A stretch of DNA of 64,000 nt. It comes from Eledone cirrhosa. Taxonomy: Eukaryota. A program made the position numbers and the translations under genes. The notes beneath the pieces were generated by a model. The model was not told the DNA's origin. It searched no databases and saw nothing but the letters and a program-made list of their open reading frames with translations. The stretch spans positions 307,768,001 through 307,832,000 of the forward strand of contig OZ024740.1 in NCBI GenBank assembly GCA_964016885.1, in the 5' to 3' direction. Below, one piece after another: positions 22,414 to 34,964 of this stretch (the first letter of the stretch is position 1; every line of letters begins with the position of its first letter).

Positions 22414-23160
22414 GAAATACTGTATATATTTTAATATAATGATTCTTTGGACTTACATTTTTATATATAGCTCTGATTAATAATTATTTAATTAATTCTT
22501 CTTTGAGCCACACCGTGAATGGTTGCCAAACACATATGTATCTGTGACTATGTCTAATTATATATATGTACCCTTTGAATTTAATATATACTCCCATAAG
22601 GTTGAGTAAAACTTTAGGCAGTATTCGGCTGCGCTTTCTAGCAACCAGCCTACTCGCCGACAGGCACCAATCACAAACTTTCTGCCTTGACCACTGGCTA
22701 CGTGATGGTTCTTAGCCATTTTGAATTCATTTCAGGCGGGGGATCATGGTAGAAGAAACTTAGTCCAGTCTGGGGTATCTCCTGATGAGTTCCGAGCCTC
22801 GTGGATTTATCCAAGACCGGGTATATCCAACAAGTGGAACAAAACCACCGGTTGGTAGGGACTATGAGAATTCTGGTAAAATTTATGTGCATTTTTTCTT
22901 CAAATTTCTATTTTGTACCTAATTCCATATAGTTAACTATTTGTCTAGTCAATTTCTACAGGCTAGAAGAAATAATTAAGTGTCATATGGCTGTACATCG
23001 CAGAAAAGAATCTGTATCATTTGTCTATTATTTCTTCATAAGTACATTTTAAACTTATAGCCTCGTTTAAATGATTTTTTATGTGGTTGATTTATGCTGA
23101 TTGGGAGAGGAAATACTGTATATATTTTATCTAATGTTTCTTTGGACTTACATTTTTATA
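22414..23160 (+). mobile_element. Non-coding, terminally redundant tandem-HHR unit B (retrozyme-like or PLE-derived)
   Basis: About 51-bp direct repeat gaaatactgtatatatttta..ctttggacttacatttttata at 22414-22465 and 23110-23160 (period 696); two HHR-like folds at 22691-22861; TA-rich flanks. Confidence 0.7.
22778..22861 (+). ncRNA. Type I hammerhead with long helix II and one core change (G12>A)
   Basis: tctc-CTGATGA-Gttcc..ggatttatcc..gggtatatcc..ggaaC-aAAA-CCA-ccggt-TGG-TA-ggga; all three stems pair. Confidence 0.78.
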
Positions 23161-23182
23161 CACACACATATATATATATATA

Positions 23183-23640
23183 TATCATCATCATCACCAT
23201 TTTTCATACGTTCCTCCACGCTAGCATGGGTTAGACGGGTTGTGGGCAATGTCCAGTTGACTGACCTTCTCTTGCTCATACTGGAACTGATTCCGGCTGG
23301 ATGCTCTTCCTAACACCAACCTCATTTACAGTGAGCGCTGGGTGCTATTTTTCCATGGTGCCTACATGTCCACTTTACAGTGTGGGCTGGGTGCTTTTTT
23401 GCCGTGGTACCTCCACGACCACTTTGCAGGGGGGGGGGGGATATTGTCTATATGCTTCAGCTTCGGCTTGTAACCGTGGGAAGTCGGGTCTTCTGTATTA
23501 TTGTGTGACGCCAGAGGTCATGGTCCTGTGTCATCTCCTTTGAGAGGTACAATTGGGTAAGGTCAGCTTTTATCACCTCATCCCAGGTCTTCTTGATATA
23601 TATATCCATTTGCGGGTCCTTATACATCTGACAAACAGGA
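23183..23640 (-). mobile_element. RTE-PHD family 3' end fragment
   Basis: (ATC)n tail, gctggatgctcttcctaacaccaacc motif, 3' UTR tandem units, and aagaagacctgggatgag (KKTWDE) ORF end. Confidence 0.75.
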
Positions 23641-24819
23641 CCATTTTGCTGAACATTTGGGGGACATACAACTTGGTATGGATACTCTCTTGACTCCTTT
23701 TCATTCCCCAGGCTACTCTTCCCTACATGTCTCAGTCCTTGGTGTCCTCTTATATCATGGATCAGAGGCCTTGCATACCAGTACTGAGCAGAGTCTGGTT
23801 TTCCACCTTGGGTCCAATTTCCCCAATGGACTCAATTCCCCTCCCCCAATTTCTTTAAATCTTACATGCATAAGTTCGTGCTTACTTCTTTACCCCTTGC
23901 CATTGTCACCTTTACCCCGCCTGTTGTCACACAGATGCGTACATTCACCCCCCTAGATTCCTATGACTCTGTTATGGTCAGAAACACACACTCTTACAGC
24001 TTATACAGATCAACAAAAAATGCACACACACACCTTTATATTTACCTTCACACCTCTCTTATACTGAAAAATTTCTTATAATGGTATTTGTTATAATGGA
24101 ATTTTATCTGTATATCAAGCATAAAACTAATAATATATTTCTTCATTGTACTGTGTCATTTGTTTTGTTATTTCTGTTTGCCTTTTTGCCTATATATATA
24201 TATATATATGTAGATAAATCTACCAAAATATATGTGTGTAGGTATGTATATTTCCTCTGATAGTTTGTAAAATTTTTACATAGATCTATATGATATACAT
24301 ACCAACACACACATATATATCCTAGAAACGATCGTAAAATGATGAATTTTTTAATATAAGGAACTGTTTCTTTGTTTTTATTCATTGTTTTTATTAATTT
24401 AGAGAGAGAGAGAGAGAGAGAGAGTAAAAACCCAGTTCAGAATATAAGATGACAAGCATTCTTCTACCAACTAGCTTTTTACCTTTTTCTATACCCACTC
24501 TGCTTCTTGCTATACATAGAGTACTTCCCTGATTTGTGATCTCCCAAGTCTCAACACTGCAGACTTTATTATTATATATTTAAAATTGGCAGTAGCACTA
24601 AGACACCATTTAAGCATAATGTACCATAAGAATATGAATAAATAATGAAAGCATCTGCTAAAATACATCCCATAAAAAGAGAATATCTCGAGTCAATAAG
24701 GGAGCCTCTGTGTAGTCATTTAACTAGTCTAAATAATATTTAACCATAATTGTTTGTTGAAAGTTCAAACCAAAAAATGAAGCTTATATAAGCTGAGAAA
24801 TATGTGACAAAAAAAAAGA

Positions 24820-25200
24820 ATCAATGGTAAAATGTGATGGTCGGCTTATATTCAAGGTCAATATTTTGTGGATTTTCACCAACTTCAAAATTCTACATAA
24901 ATGAGGTGCTAAAATAGTTTTGCTTTGAAGGTGAATATTACACCAGTTTCACTTTTGATGTGAAATTCGTTTTTGATGTATTTTGAATGAATATGACCTT
25001 CAAAACAGTCAGAAATTGGTTAAAAAAAATCATTACGTAATGGAGTTTTGAAAAAAATATATATATACACTAAAATGACACTTAAAATATTTGAATATCA
25101 AAATATCAAAACTTCATAAATATATTCTCCACTCATGAGAATTTCAAAACTGTGCCATCTAAACTCCATATTTTGATTAGCTGCCTTGGGTTATACATGG
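24820..25200 (+). repeat. Unclassified AT-rich interspersed repeat (second copy about 50027-50690)
   Basis: Shared blocks tcaatggtaaaatg..attttcaccaacttcaaa.ttctacataa and aatttcaaaac..tgccatctaaac..ttgattagct. Confidence 0.6.
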
Positions 25201-25229
25201 GGTTTGGATTTTTGCCTATTTCTTGACAT

Positions 25230-25680
25230 AAACTGGGGGGAAGGGGATATCGATTTATATTCGAGTATATAGTAGTGGAATGACAAGGTAAACAGTCATT
25301 AAAACAACAAGATAAGCCTGGAGAAAATGGAGGAACAGAGGTTACAGAATACCAGATAGCTAGCAGAGACGCCAAGTGCCAAGTATATCTATCAAAGGGA
25401 AAAGAAGTTTGCACATGTTTTGCGTTGTGAAAATCAGAGGCATGAAGTGTTCAGGATGGTGAGACAGTATGCTAGAGAAAATCATGATGTAGTTGGAGAA
25501 AAGTGTGTTCGAAATGATAGTGGAATACTTGCCCTGTCTGATGCCGAAAATAAAAAGGCATGGAAGATAGACTACTGAACAAGGAAAATTAATGGGACAG
25601 TGAAGGCCTACCCAATGCAGACCATAGTACAATGGGGAGAGAGAAAAAGGTAGGCAGTAGAAAGACAAACCAAGTGAAAT
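25230..25680 (+). mobile_element. RTE-PHD family linker-region fragment
   Basis: Reads RENHDVVGEKCVRNDSGILALSDAENKKAWK. Confidence 0.7.
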
Positions 25681-26319
25681 ATAGAAATTACAGAGATCCT
25701 TATTTAATGGAATATATTTGGGTTGGGTTGCTTCAAGATCATCTTTTTCTGGAACAAAGACAAAAAAGTTTGAACACTTACTGATGTATACAGAAGTGTG
25801 ATGGTTATCACAAGGTAATAGTTTTTGTTGTTTTATGGTACTTTGGGACAGTATTATATCATAGGTGGCTGCTTAGTGAGTTTGTTGCTGCCAGATGTGA
25901 TAAATTTTACTGCCCAGACATATATGAATATATAAAGTCAGCCTGTCCTTATATCATAATGTCTTTATTGAATTTTGTTTGTTAATACACAATTTTATTT
26001 GAATAGAAATGGTCAAATAGATCATTTTTGTAAGCTCCTGCAAACACCTTTTTATGATACAGCTGTGAGGAATACACATTGCAAATGGTAAAATATTTTT
26101 TAAACTAACAGCATCTCTGTTGAAAGCAGCTGATCTAAATACTCCCTACACATAAATATAGTAACCAATAGGAAACATTAATTCTTGCTAATGCTGAAAA
26201 TAACATCAGGTCCCTAAAAATACCTATTAGTAGATAATTCTAGCAAATAAATTTGGTTTTGCTCACTTTTATTTTAATGTAAAGTATGGCTCTTCCCATG
26301 TTTAACAAATGCACACACA

Positions 26320-26460
26320 CACGATAGGCTTCATATAGTCTCTGTCTACCATGATAACAAAATACTGGATGTTTCTGAGACTATAGTAGAAGATACTCGC
26401 CCAAAGTACCATGCAATGGAACTGAACCTGAATTAACATGGTTCTGAAACATTTCGCTCA
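26320..26460 (-). mobile_element. Degenerate CORE-like SINE
   Basis: Minus strand ggttcagttcc (B-box-like) then actttgggcgagtatcttctactatag (CORE-like). Confidence 0.4.
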
Positions 26461-26917
26461 TTACTTTTAATCAGCACTAATCTTTTCTAAGTACATTGAT
26501 GTGTCATTTGTAATAGTCCATAATATAAGAAATATGTCAATTTTCAACAATATTCTGATAGGACATGTTAATCCACAGCAGTTACATCTTTGTGATAGGG
26601 TCTTATACAGTTGTCTTGAGATCATAGCAACTGTAGCTCATTATTTGAGAAATTCTGATTAAAGAAAAGTATTTTTATACATCCTCATTACTACAAAATA
26701 TGGTAGATTTTCTAATAACAATGCTGAATATTTCACACCTTTCATCTATTTTAGCTTCATATATTTCGAAAATACTTTACTTCTACAATCCTTTTATCCA
26801 TACTAATATTTCTCCATGCAGTTTTGTCTTTGTGAATTCGAAGATAATGTATTTTCTTCAAGATTATCTTCAAGATTTCCACATTAGACAACCAGCTTCA
26901 AACACCAGCTACTTTTC

Positions 26918-27152
26918 TTAATCTTTTTAATACCAAACTGCCTCAAACCAGCCTTGCTTCTATGAAACAAAACCACACATCTTAAAAGGTTCCAATTTAA
27001 ATTAAAATCTTCCAACATTTCATATAAAAACCATACATTAAATTGCTATTTTAGTAATGAAATTATTAATAATTTTAATAAATCCCCCCAAATTCTACAT
27101 TAATTAATTGAAACAGTGTATTTCATTAGAAATATGGTCATAAAAGGGTTCA
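26918..27152 (+). mobile_element. piggyBac-like MITE family B
   Basis: ttaatctttttaataccaaactgcc ... gaaatatggtcataaaagggttca; homologous to 34965 and 42301. Confidence 0.7.
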
Positions 27153-28025
27153 ATCAATTTGTTACATGCCATTTTCTTCCACCAAATGAAAGTGTTATCA
27201 GTTTTACAATTCTAGCCACAAACCATTTCTTACAAAAAGAAAAAGAAGCAGCTAGAATACTTGATTATTGGACATAAAAGCCTGTTGAAAGATTGAAAAA
27301 ATACAAAAAAAATCTTTCACAAGGAAAAGGTAAGGTTTAGTTCTTAATTTAATTAAACAATACATATTCTACATGAAATGTCTCATCTCCATGATGTGAC
27401 AAACTTGTACCAACCTGGTAACGAACCTAGATTTTATAATTTGTTCCTCATGACCTCATTAAGCCAATATTGAAAAGAGTGATGAAAACAAAGACCTTTG
27501 TGAATCTAGTCCTCTAAACCAGAACAGCAAAGATCATAAATTAGAAGGTAGCTGAAATGAAACCCAGTACAGGTGTCAGTTTTTCAGCACTTTCTCATGT
27601 ATAAATGGTCAAACAACATTTGGAAGTTTTTATTTTATTTTTTTTTTTATTAATACATAACAGAAACCTCTCAAGATATTGATTGGCTAGTTGACTTAGT
27701 TAAATATAGAAGTGACTTGACTAAATTCTAACACAAAATCTTCCTGACAACCTAAAATTTATGGAAAATTTGAAATCAGGAGATTGTTGTGTTCACCACT
27801 GTCTAAATCTAAAAGTATAATAGTAATTGCTACAGGCATACTTTATTGCAGCTATGCAAGAACTCAAAATATTTTCAAGACATCAAATATTAGAGTTAAC
27901 TACAAATATGAACTAAATTGTTGATAGAATATAAGAGAATAAGAAATTATATGTAGCTCAAAGAATCATACAACGAAAGAGTCATAAACAGTCAGTAAGT
28001 CTGTCAGTATGAGTAAAGATGTGGT

Positions 28026-28254
28026 TTAATCCTTTAACATTTACATTACTCTATATTTACTATTGTATTTTCATGGTAAAGGCTTTACCTCACATAATTA
28101 TCTTACATAATATCGAATCTGTGAGATTTTGATGTTATTTATTTTGAGAACAATACCTTAACATCAGTATGAGTGGCCAGTTACAACCAGTTTGAACAGA
28201 AAGAGGTGATAGAATTCTGGCCGGGTACGGCTGGTTTAAATGTTAAAGGCTTAA
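28026..28254 (+). mobile_element. piggyBac-like MITE family A
   Basis: TTAA ends with TIRs cctttaacattta / taaatgttaaagg; homologous to 7176-7387. Confidence 0.85.
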
Positions 28255-28650
28255 TGTTATAAAGAAAATGTGTATTTACTTACATTTCAGAATAGTATAA
28301 ATTCAAATACCTGCAGCATTATATTGTGTTGTGTTTTTTCTCCTTATGTCTAACAATAAAAGTTCAATATTAATACCAATATCTTGGAGCTGCTAATCCA
28401 GAACTAAGCTACATTAATCCTTTTAATGTTACAGGGCTGCTGTATCAGCCTGGATAACATAGCCCCAAACACTTCACTGTTGATATATTGGCCTAAAAAT
28501 GCAGCACTTTTCTTGATAGGCTAGTCACATCTAAATAACCCAATAATCCTGTGAATCATTGTTTATGGAAGTTTCCTGCTTTGGTTTATTTTGCATTTAA
28601 AAAAAATGTTTTCTATGTGTTTGAGCAGATGAGTGACACAAATAATAATA

Positions 28651-28835
28651 ATTGTTTCTACTTTTGGCACAAGGCCAGCAATTACCCAGTGCATTACTGG
28701 TACTTTATTTTATCGACCCCGTAAGGATGAAAGGCAAAGTTAACCTCGGAGGGATTTGAACTCAGACCGTAAAGAGACGTAACTACGCTGGAAAGCATGT
28801 CCAACCCTCTACCGATACTGCCAATTCACCACCCT
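28651..28835 (-). mobile_element. Full-length tRNA-SINE with TSD
   Basis: A box tggcagtatcggta, B box gagttcaaatcc; acaaataataataat duplicated on both sides. Confidence 0.9.
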
Positions 28836-28929
28836 CACAACAAATAATAATAATAGCAGTAGATCATGATATAGATGATTTTGGCTAGTTATTTCTTCAT
28901 AATTATTTACTAGACATTGGGCAGTTGTG

Positions 28930-29190
28930 ATAGTTTGGATGAGCCTGGTGGATGGTAAGCTCTACAAGAAGTCAATACTTTATAACCCACTTAGATCTTC
29001 ATGAGTATGCCAGTAAGCTAATTAGTGGATATTTCTGGTGCTCTTGGCCCTAGGACCACTTACTTCCCCACTCACCACCATTGGCTACCCGTAGGAGTGA
29101 GTCTTGTGAGCTGGAGTGGCTCTTTCAGTGTGTCTCCCTCACCATCGTCCAGGGAAACACCTTCTCTATTCTGTCAGAGTGTAGACCCCC
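28930..29190 (+). mobile_element. CRE retrotransposon 3' fragment
   Basis: DISGALGPRT ... ESCELEWLFQCVSLTIVQGNTFSILS, the RLE C-terminal motif. Confidence 0.65.
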
Positions 29191-29290
29191 ATTTGCTTAT
29201 AATAGTTAGAGATGGGGAGAGCGGGAGAGACGGAGGCAGTGACAGTGGGTGTTTGGTTCCTTTGTGTTCGGACCCGGTGTATATATATAT

Positions 29291-32200
29291 ATCATCATCA
29301 TCGTTTAACGTCCATGTTCCACGCTTGCATGGGTTTGGATGGGAGTTTTCCCACTTGAGGCAAGAGTGATTGTCTTGCTCGCATAGGACTGTTTGGCGGG
29401 TTTTCTACAGCTGGATGCCCTTCCTAACACCAACCACATTTACAGTGTGGGACTGGGAGGTTTTTACCGTGTTGCCTACACGGCCACATTACAGCGTGGA
29501 CTGTGTGTTTTTTTGTCGTGACACCTACACAATCTCATTTGTTTCGGCCTGGATGTTGTGGCACCAACATAACTTTACATTGTAAGGGGCGGTGGATTGG
29601 GTGGGGTGGTGGGACGGGGGGTGTATTTTGTTAGAGATGCCTACTGACTGTAGTAGGTTTTACTTTGTATTTAGGTAAGGCGGGTCTTCTCTATTACTGA
29701 GTACCGCCAAAGGTCTCGGTGCAGTGACATTGTCTTGGAGAGGTGTAAGTGTGTGAGGGCGGAATTTATCAGGTCGTCCCAGGTTTTTCTGGGTCTGCCT
29801 ACTCCGTGGCTACCGTCTATCTTTATTGCCCTGCACTTTTTTATACAGCTGTCGTCTTTCATGCGCATCACGTGACCATACCAACGTAGCCTTCTCTTGA
29901 GTAAACAACATCTGATCCCTCTTATTTCTAATTTTTCCCTTAGTTCGTTTATGCTTTGCCATTCACGTATATTACTATTACACATCCAGCGGAGCATGCA
30001 AGCTTCGTTCCTCTCTAGTCTGCGTATATCCTCTGCACACAATGCCCAGGTCTCACTGCCATGCAACATTGTTGTTCGTATGCAGGCATCATACAGCCTG
30101 CCTTTCATTTTTAGGGAGAACCCTTTAGCGGCTAATAGTGGTATAAGCTCTCTGAACTTTTTCCATCCAGTTCTGACCCTAGCTACTGTACTTTCAGAGT
30201 ACCCTCCCCCACTGCTGATTTTGTCACCCAGGTAACGGAAGCTGTCCACTATTTCTATAGAACCCTCTGCGCAATTGAAAGAGCTAGTATTCTCTGGGCA
30301 CTTGCTGCTACTTATTGCACCAGAGCACCGGCCACATGTAAAATCTATGTTCTTAGTTAGCTTACCTGTGATCCCACTACATCTTTTATGCACCCATACT
30401 TTGCATTTGGGACATAAAATGGAGTTTCTACCTACGCCTTTCCTACACACTGAGCATGGCCATTTCCCGGAAGGGACCGGCGCCTTATTTTCTTTTCTAC
30501 AAACTAGAACTTTAGTCTTAGCCAGGTTAATTTTAAGGCCTTTTGATTCTAGGCCATGCTTCCATGTTTGGAATTTCTTCTCTAGCTCGGCCATTGATTC
30601 AGCTATGAGCGTTAGATCATCTGCGTATAGGAGTTCCCATGGGCAGCCGGTCTTGAACTCCACTGTTATAGCCTGAAGGGCAATAATAAATAGTAGGGGG
30701 CTAAGAACAGAGCCCTGATGAACACCAACTTTTACGCTAAACATTTCACTATATTCGTTGTTAATTCTAACCTTGCTGACTGTTTCTTTATACATGGCTT
30801 GTATAGCTCTCACAAGCCATTCATCATCACCTAGTTTTCTAAGAGCCCACCAGATAATGGAACGAGGGACTCTGTCAAAGGCTTTCTCCAAGTCGACAAA
30901 AGCTAAGTATAGGGGTTTACTTTTAGCTAGGTACTTCTCCTGTAGTTGTCGTACAATGAAAAGAGCGTCTGTGGTACTTTTGCCTGACACAAACCCGAAC
31001 TGCATTTTATCTAGATCAATTCTCTCTCTGATTAGTTGCGCTATTACTTTTTCCGTGACCTTCATGACCTGGTCAATTAATTTAATGCCTCTATAGTTAC
31101 TCCTATCTAGGGCATCTCCTTTACCCTTGTAACAGTTAATGATGATGCTGCTACGCCAGTCCTTCGGAACAACCCCATTCTGTATGACTTGGTTTACTAT
31201 CCGGGTGACCATGGTGTGTCCCACCGTTCCAGAGGCTTTCAGCATCTCAGCAACTATTTCCGAAGGCCCAGCTGCCTTACCCGTCTTCATATCTTTGATT
31301 GCCTTACTTATTATACTACCTTCGACTAACACTGCTGGTCCCTCTATTGGGTCGATGTGGGGGAGACTGTCTTTCTCCCATTTATTCTCCTCATTTAGTA
31401 GCCTTTCGTAGTGACACTTTCAAGCTACCTTCTTATCAGCATCAGTGATGGCAAGTACGCCATCATCATTAAGTACACACTTCTCCCCGACAATATCACG
31501 GTTTTCCTTGACACATTGCCTAGCAATCCTGAACACCTAACGTTTTAGGTCCTCGCGTTGTAGAACATGCTTGAACTTTCTTTCCTCTGCTTCCCTTCTT
31601 GCGAAGTACACTTGTCTCCTAGCTTCCCTCCTGGCCACTTGATAGTCTTCTCTACTTCCCCCATCCCGCCATGCTTTCCAAGCCTGCTTTTTGGCCTTGA
31701 TTGACCCCTCAACCTTACTGTTCCACCACCATGTTACTCTCCTCCTGCCTACAGGCCTGCTCCAGCCACAGACTTCGTCTGCTGCCATCAGCAGGTTTGC
31801 TTTCAGGAATTCCCACTGTTCCTCTATATTGTACGACTCTAATTGCTCTTCCTTACTGTCGAAAGCATCAAGTAATATGCTTTGAAATTTATTTCTGGCT
31901 GTGGGGTCCTTTAGCTTCCATATTTTTCTCCTGAGGATAGTCCTCTTCTGCTGTCTAGTACGTCTCGTCCTGACTATGAGGTCGCTAATTATCAGTCTAT
32001 GTTGGGAGGTGCATTCTTCATGGGGGAGGGATTTAGTGTTTACAACAGACACTCTGTCACGTCTCCTGGTAAGGATATAATCTACCTGGCTTGTGTGTTC
32101 CCTCGATCTATAGGTGATCAAGTGATTGTCTTGTTTTTTGAAGTTAGTGTTACAGATAGTTAGGTTATTTGTGTCACAGAATTCCAGGATCCTGGAGCCT

Positions 32201-33399
32201 TCCTCGTTTCTAGTACCAAACCCATAGCCTCCGTGGATTCCATCATAGCCGTCACAATGTTGTCCAACGTGGCCATTTAGGTCGCCAGCAATAATTATAT
32301 AGTCACTGTCGGTTATTTGGGAGGTAGTGAGCATCAGTGTCTCATAGCATCTGTCTTTTATAGCGTCAGGCAGTCCGGATTGGGGCGCGTACGCAGATAT
32401 TACTGTCACAGTAGTTCTATTTAGAACAAGTCTTATTTTAATTATTCTGTCATTCACTCTATTTACATCTATTATCTTATCCACCCATTTTTCTGCTAAC
32501 ATGATTCCTACCCCACCCAGCCCATTGTCATTTCCCACCCAGAAAAGCTTATAGCAACGCTTTTTACCCACAATGAATCTAGCAGACCCGCCCCTCCACC
32601 TGGTCTCTTGGATACAGCAAACATCAACCTCCTTATGTTCAAGCATTTCTACAACCTCGTTAGAGCGGCCTTTTAAGGTGCCTACATTCATGGTACCAAC
32701 TCTGAAGTTTTGGATTGTATTTGGAGGATGGGGCGCAGGGAGGGGTGAGGGGGATGAGGTTGGGGTTATGTTGGCCATCCGCGGCCGAAACAAAGAGGAG
32801 GGGGCCTTGCCCTTTCGTCCGGCAGCATGAGGTGAATTTGTCGTTATCTTTGGCATTGTCATCGAGTGTCCAGATTCTTCAGACTCTCCAGAAATTCCTT
32901 AGTCCATCCATCATATCGAAAAGCAGCCAGAAGTGATAGCATAGGCCGTTGACTTGTGATTGGTCCAAATAATAAAGGTGGAGAGTGGGGGCGGGAGGGA
33001 GAGGTATGGGGTAGTTAGCAAAGAGAGGTATGGGGTATTTAGAACAAGCGTGGGGAAGATTATTTAGAACAGTGAGACAGAATTATAGGATAGCAACGAT
33101 TGTAGATATATGGATGAATGAACCGAAGGTTAAGGAGACAAGAAGAAAATGTTATATTATACATTACATTTTCGTAGAAGTCGACTGACCATTTAATAAG
33201 AGTTGACAAATTCTGAGTTTTGTCCTCCGTAACATTCTTATTTATATTTGGTGCAAGTAGGGAGTGAGAGAGAGAGAGGGACATATATGTTAGAGAGAGT
33301 GGGCGTAATAGCGATTTTGAGGAGCGAGGGAATCTATTTTTATGAATCCTGGAAAAATTTTTTGGCCAAAATGTTAGCAAAGAGAAGCTTATTTAGAAC

Positions 33400-33401
<2 letters not shown>
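29291..33401 (-). mobile_element. Full-length RTE-clade LINE (RTE-PHD family)
   Basis: About 540-nt 5' region, single long frame, about 380-nt 3' UTR ending ggacgttaaacgatgatgatgat; (TA)n on both flanks. Confidence 0.95.
29671..32862 (-). pseudogene. RTE ORF (APE endonuclease - RT with embedded PHD finger), 1063 codons with two in-frame stops
   Basis: ORFs 31537-32862 and 29671-31332 share a frame and are joined through TAG 31537-31539 and TGA 31420-31422; GTMNVGTL, CIQETRW, GDLNGH, QVDYIL, FVDLEKAFDRV, GVHQGSVLSP, YADD, FRYLG. Confidence 0.95.

Positions 33402-33457
<56 letters not shown>
33402..33457. repeat. (TA)n microsatellite
   Basis: About 28 perfect units; other TA/CA/GA tracts at 14910-15000, 24400, 39005-39080, 41105-41180 and 53930-54000. 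Confidence 0.98.
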
Positions 33458-33459
<2 letters not shown>

Positions 33460-34159
33460 CACGGACACACACTCACACAAAAGATTTTGATTGACCAAAA
33501 AAACAAACTGTACTTTTACATAACTAGTTAAATTAGTTCTATTAGTTGTAATGCAGCATCCCATTCTATGGTTTATAACACCTCCAGAGTGATAGTTATT
33601 TGATGTTATTTGAGTCATATTGTTTTTGTATTGCTTTTGACAATTACCTTATAGCATGTTTTACTATGTAGTCAAAAAAAGCCACAGTACTAAAAAGGTT
33701 AATAATTTATATACGAATTTGGAATGTAGTGACTTCATTTCAAAATTGAAACAGTTACAATAAAGGAATACACCAATGTCAAACCATTTTGATTTATCTC
33801 TGTGCAACATTCAGAGAACTACGGAAATAAAGAATTTATGTGGATATCATAAAAGTCTGAAACACTAAATAAGTGACATCATAGTAGAAACAAAAATTGA
33901 ATATGACTATAACGCTGGCTCATTCATAATATCTAGTCACAAAATGTCATCTGCCATAGGAAACACTACTACTTGCAAAAAAAAAAAGAATTGCTTGCAA
34001 AATATACAATTTATTCAACTTTAATAGTCATTTACCTCTCTCATCTGCCTACATATACTAGCAAGATAATAATCTTACGTTTTTTTTGTTTTTCTTTTAT
34101 AGTTTCACTTACAAAAGAAAGTTACTTTTATTAACATCAAATATAAGATGATCTGCTAC

Positions 34160-34497
34160 AATATCTAGCTCGGAGATCAGAGAGTCACACCAGATAGAGC
34201 TGCCACTTCTCTGAATTGAGAGATCACAGCTCCGATATTATGGGCATGTGGTTAGAATGTCTCAGGAAAGAATCGCTGGACAGATTTTATGGGAAAAATC
34301 AACCTGCAGGAGACCAGGGACAGACCTGAGCAAGATGGTTGGATGACATCCATGAGCTTGGCTGGTCTCACTTAGGGTTCCAGCTGGATCAGTTAGAGAT
34401 GGTTGCTTCTGACAGGACCCACTGGAAGGAGTCTTTGAGGACTCTGCCCCCACGACCCTCTCAGAAATAAGTGGGTGAAGAAGAAGAAGAAGAAGAA
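34160..34497 (+). mobile_element. Rex3/Expander-like RTE 3' fragment with (GAA)n tail
   Basis: IERSQLRYYGHVVRM ... RWLDDIHELGWSHLG ... LPPRPSQK* then gaagaagaag. Confidence 0.8.
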
Positions 34498-34964
34498 CAA
34501 CAACATCAACAACAACATTTAGAAATTATAAGCCATGCTTAGTAATACAGCAGCAATCATTGCAGAGACTCTCAACAAAATGAGCAATTTTGAGTATATA
34601 AAAGCTTCTGCTGTTGCAAACCAGCCAATATGTGTTAAATCTAGGACAATCTAAGCACACATACAGAATAATAAATGAATAGTATTTTATTGTTGTTTCC
34701 ACAACACGAGTTATTTATTGAAATTTTGGGGCTGTTTGGGAAATGTTCACCAGACCACTTAGATAATTCTTTATTAATACTGATTTACTATTTCATCTCT
34801 AGCTTTAAAATTACAGTAGTATCAAAATATATTTCTATTGTGCAGAGCAACAGCTTAAAGAAATAAAAATAACAGATGAGTACAGTTTATACATTGATAA
34901 TAATCATTTAATAGTTGGTTGAGACAATGACAACTTTTACTTGCAATGTCATCATATTTCAATA

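Noticed and set aside
27200-27560. Tc1 transposase relic or exon ending AAG/GTAAGG
   Set aside because: Only a faint KPFLTK-like match, with stops and no TIRs; too weak to call
28311-28491. Possible minus-strand host exon (tttttag ... cag/gtattt)
   Set aside because: Stop codons in all three frames and no partner exons; a non-coding exon cannot be excluded
31537-32862. Host CFDP2-like gene
   Set aside because: It is the APE domain of the RTE ORF, in frame with the RT
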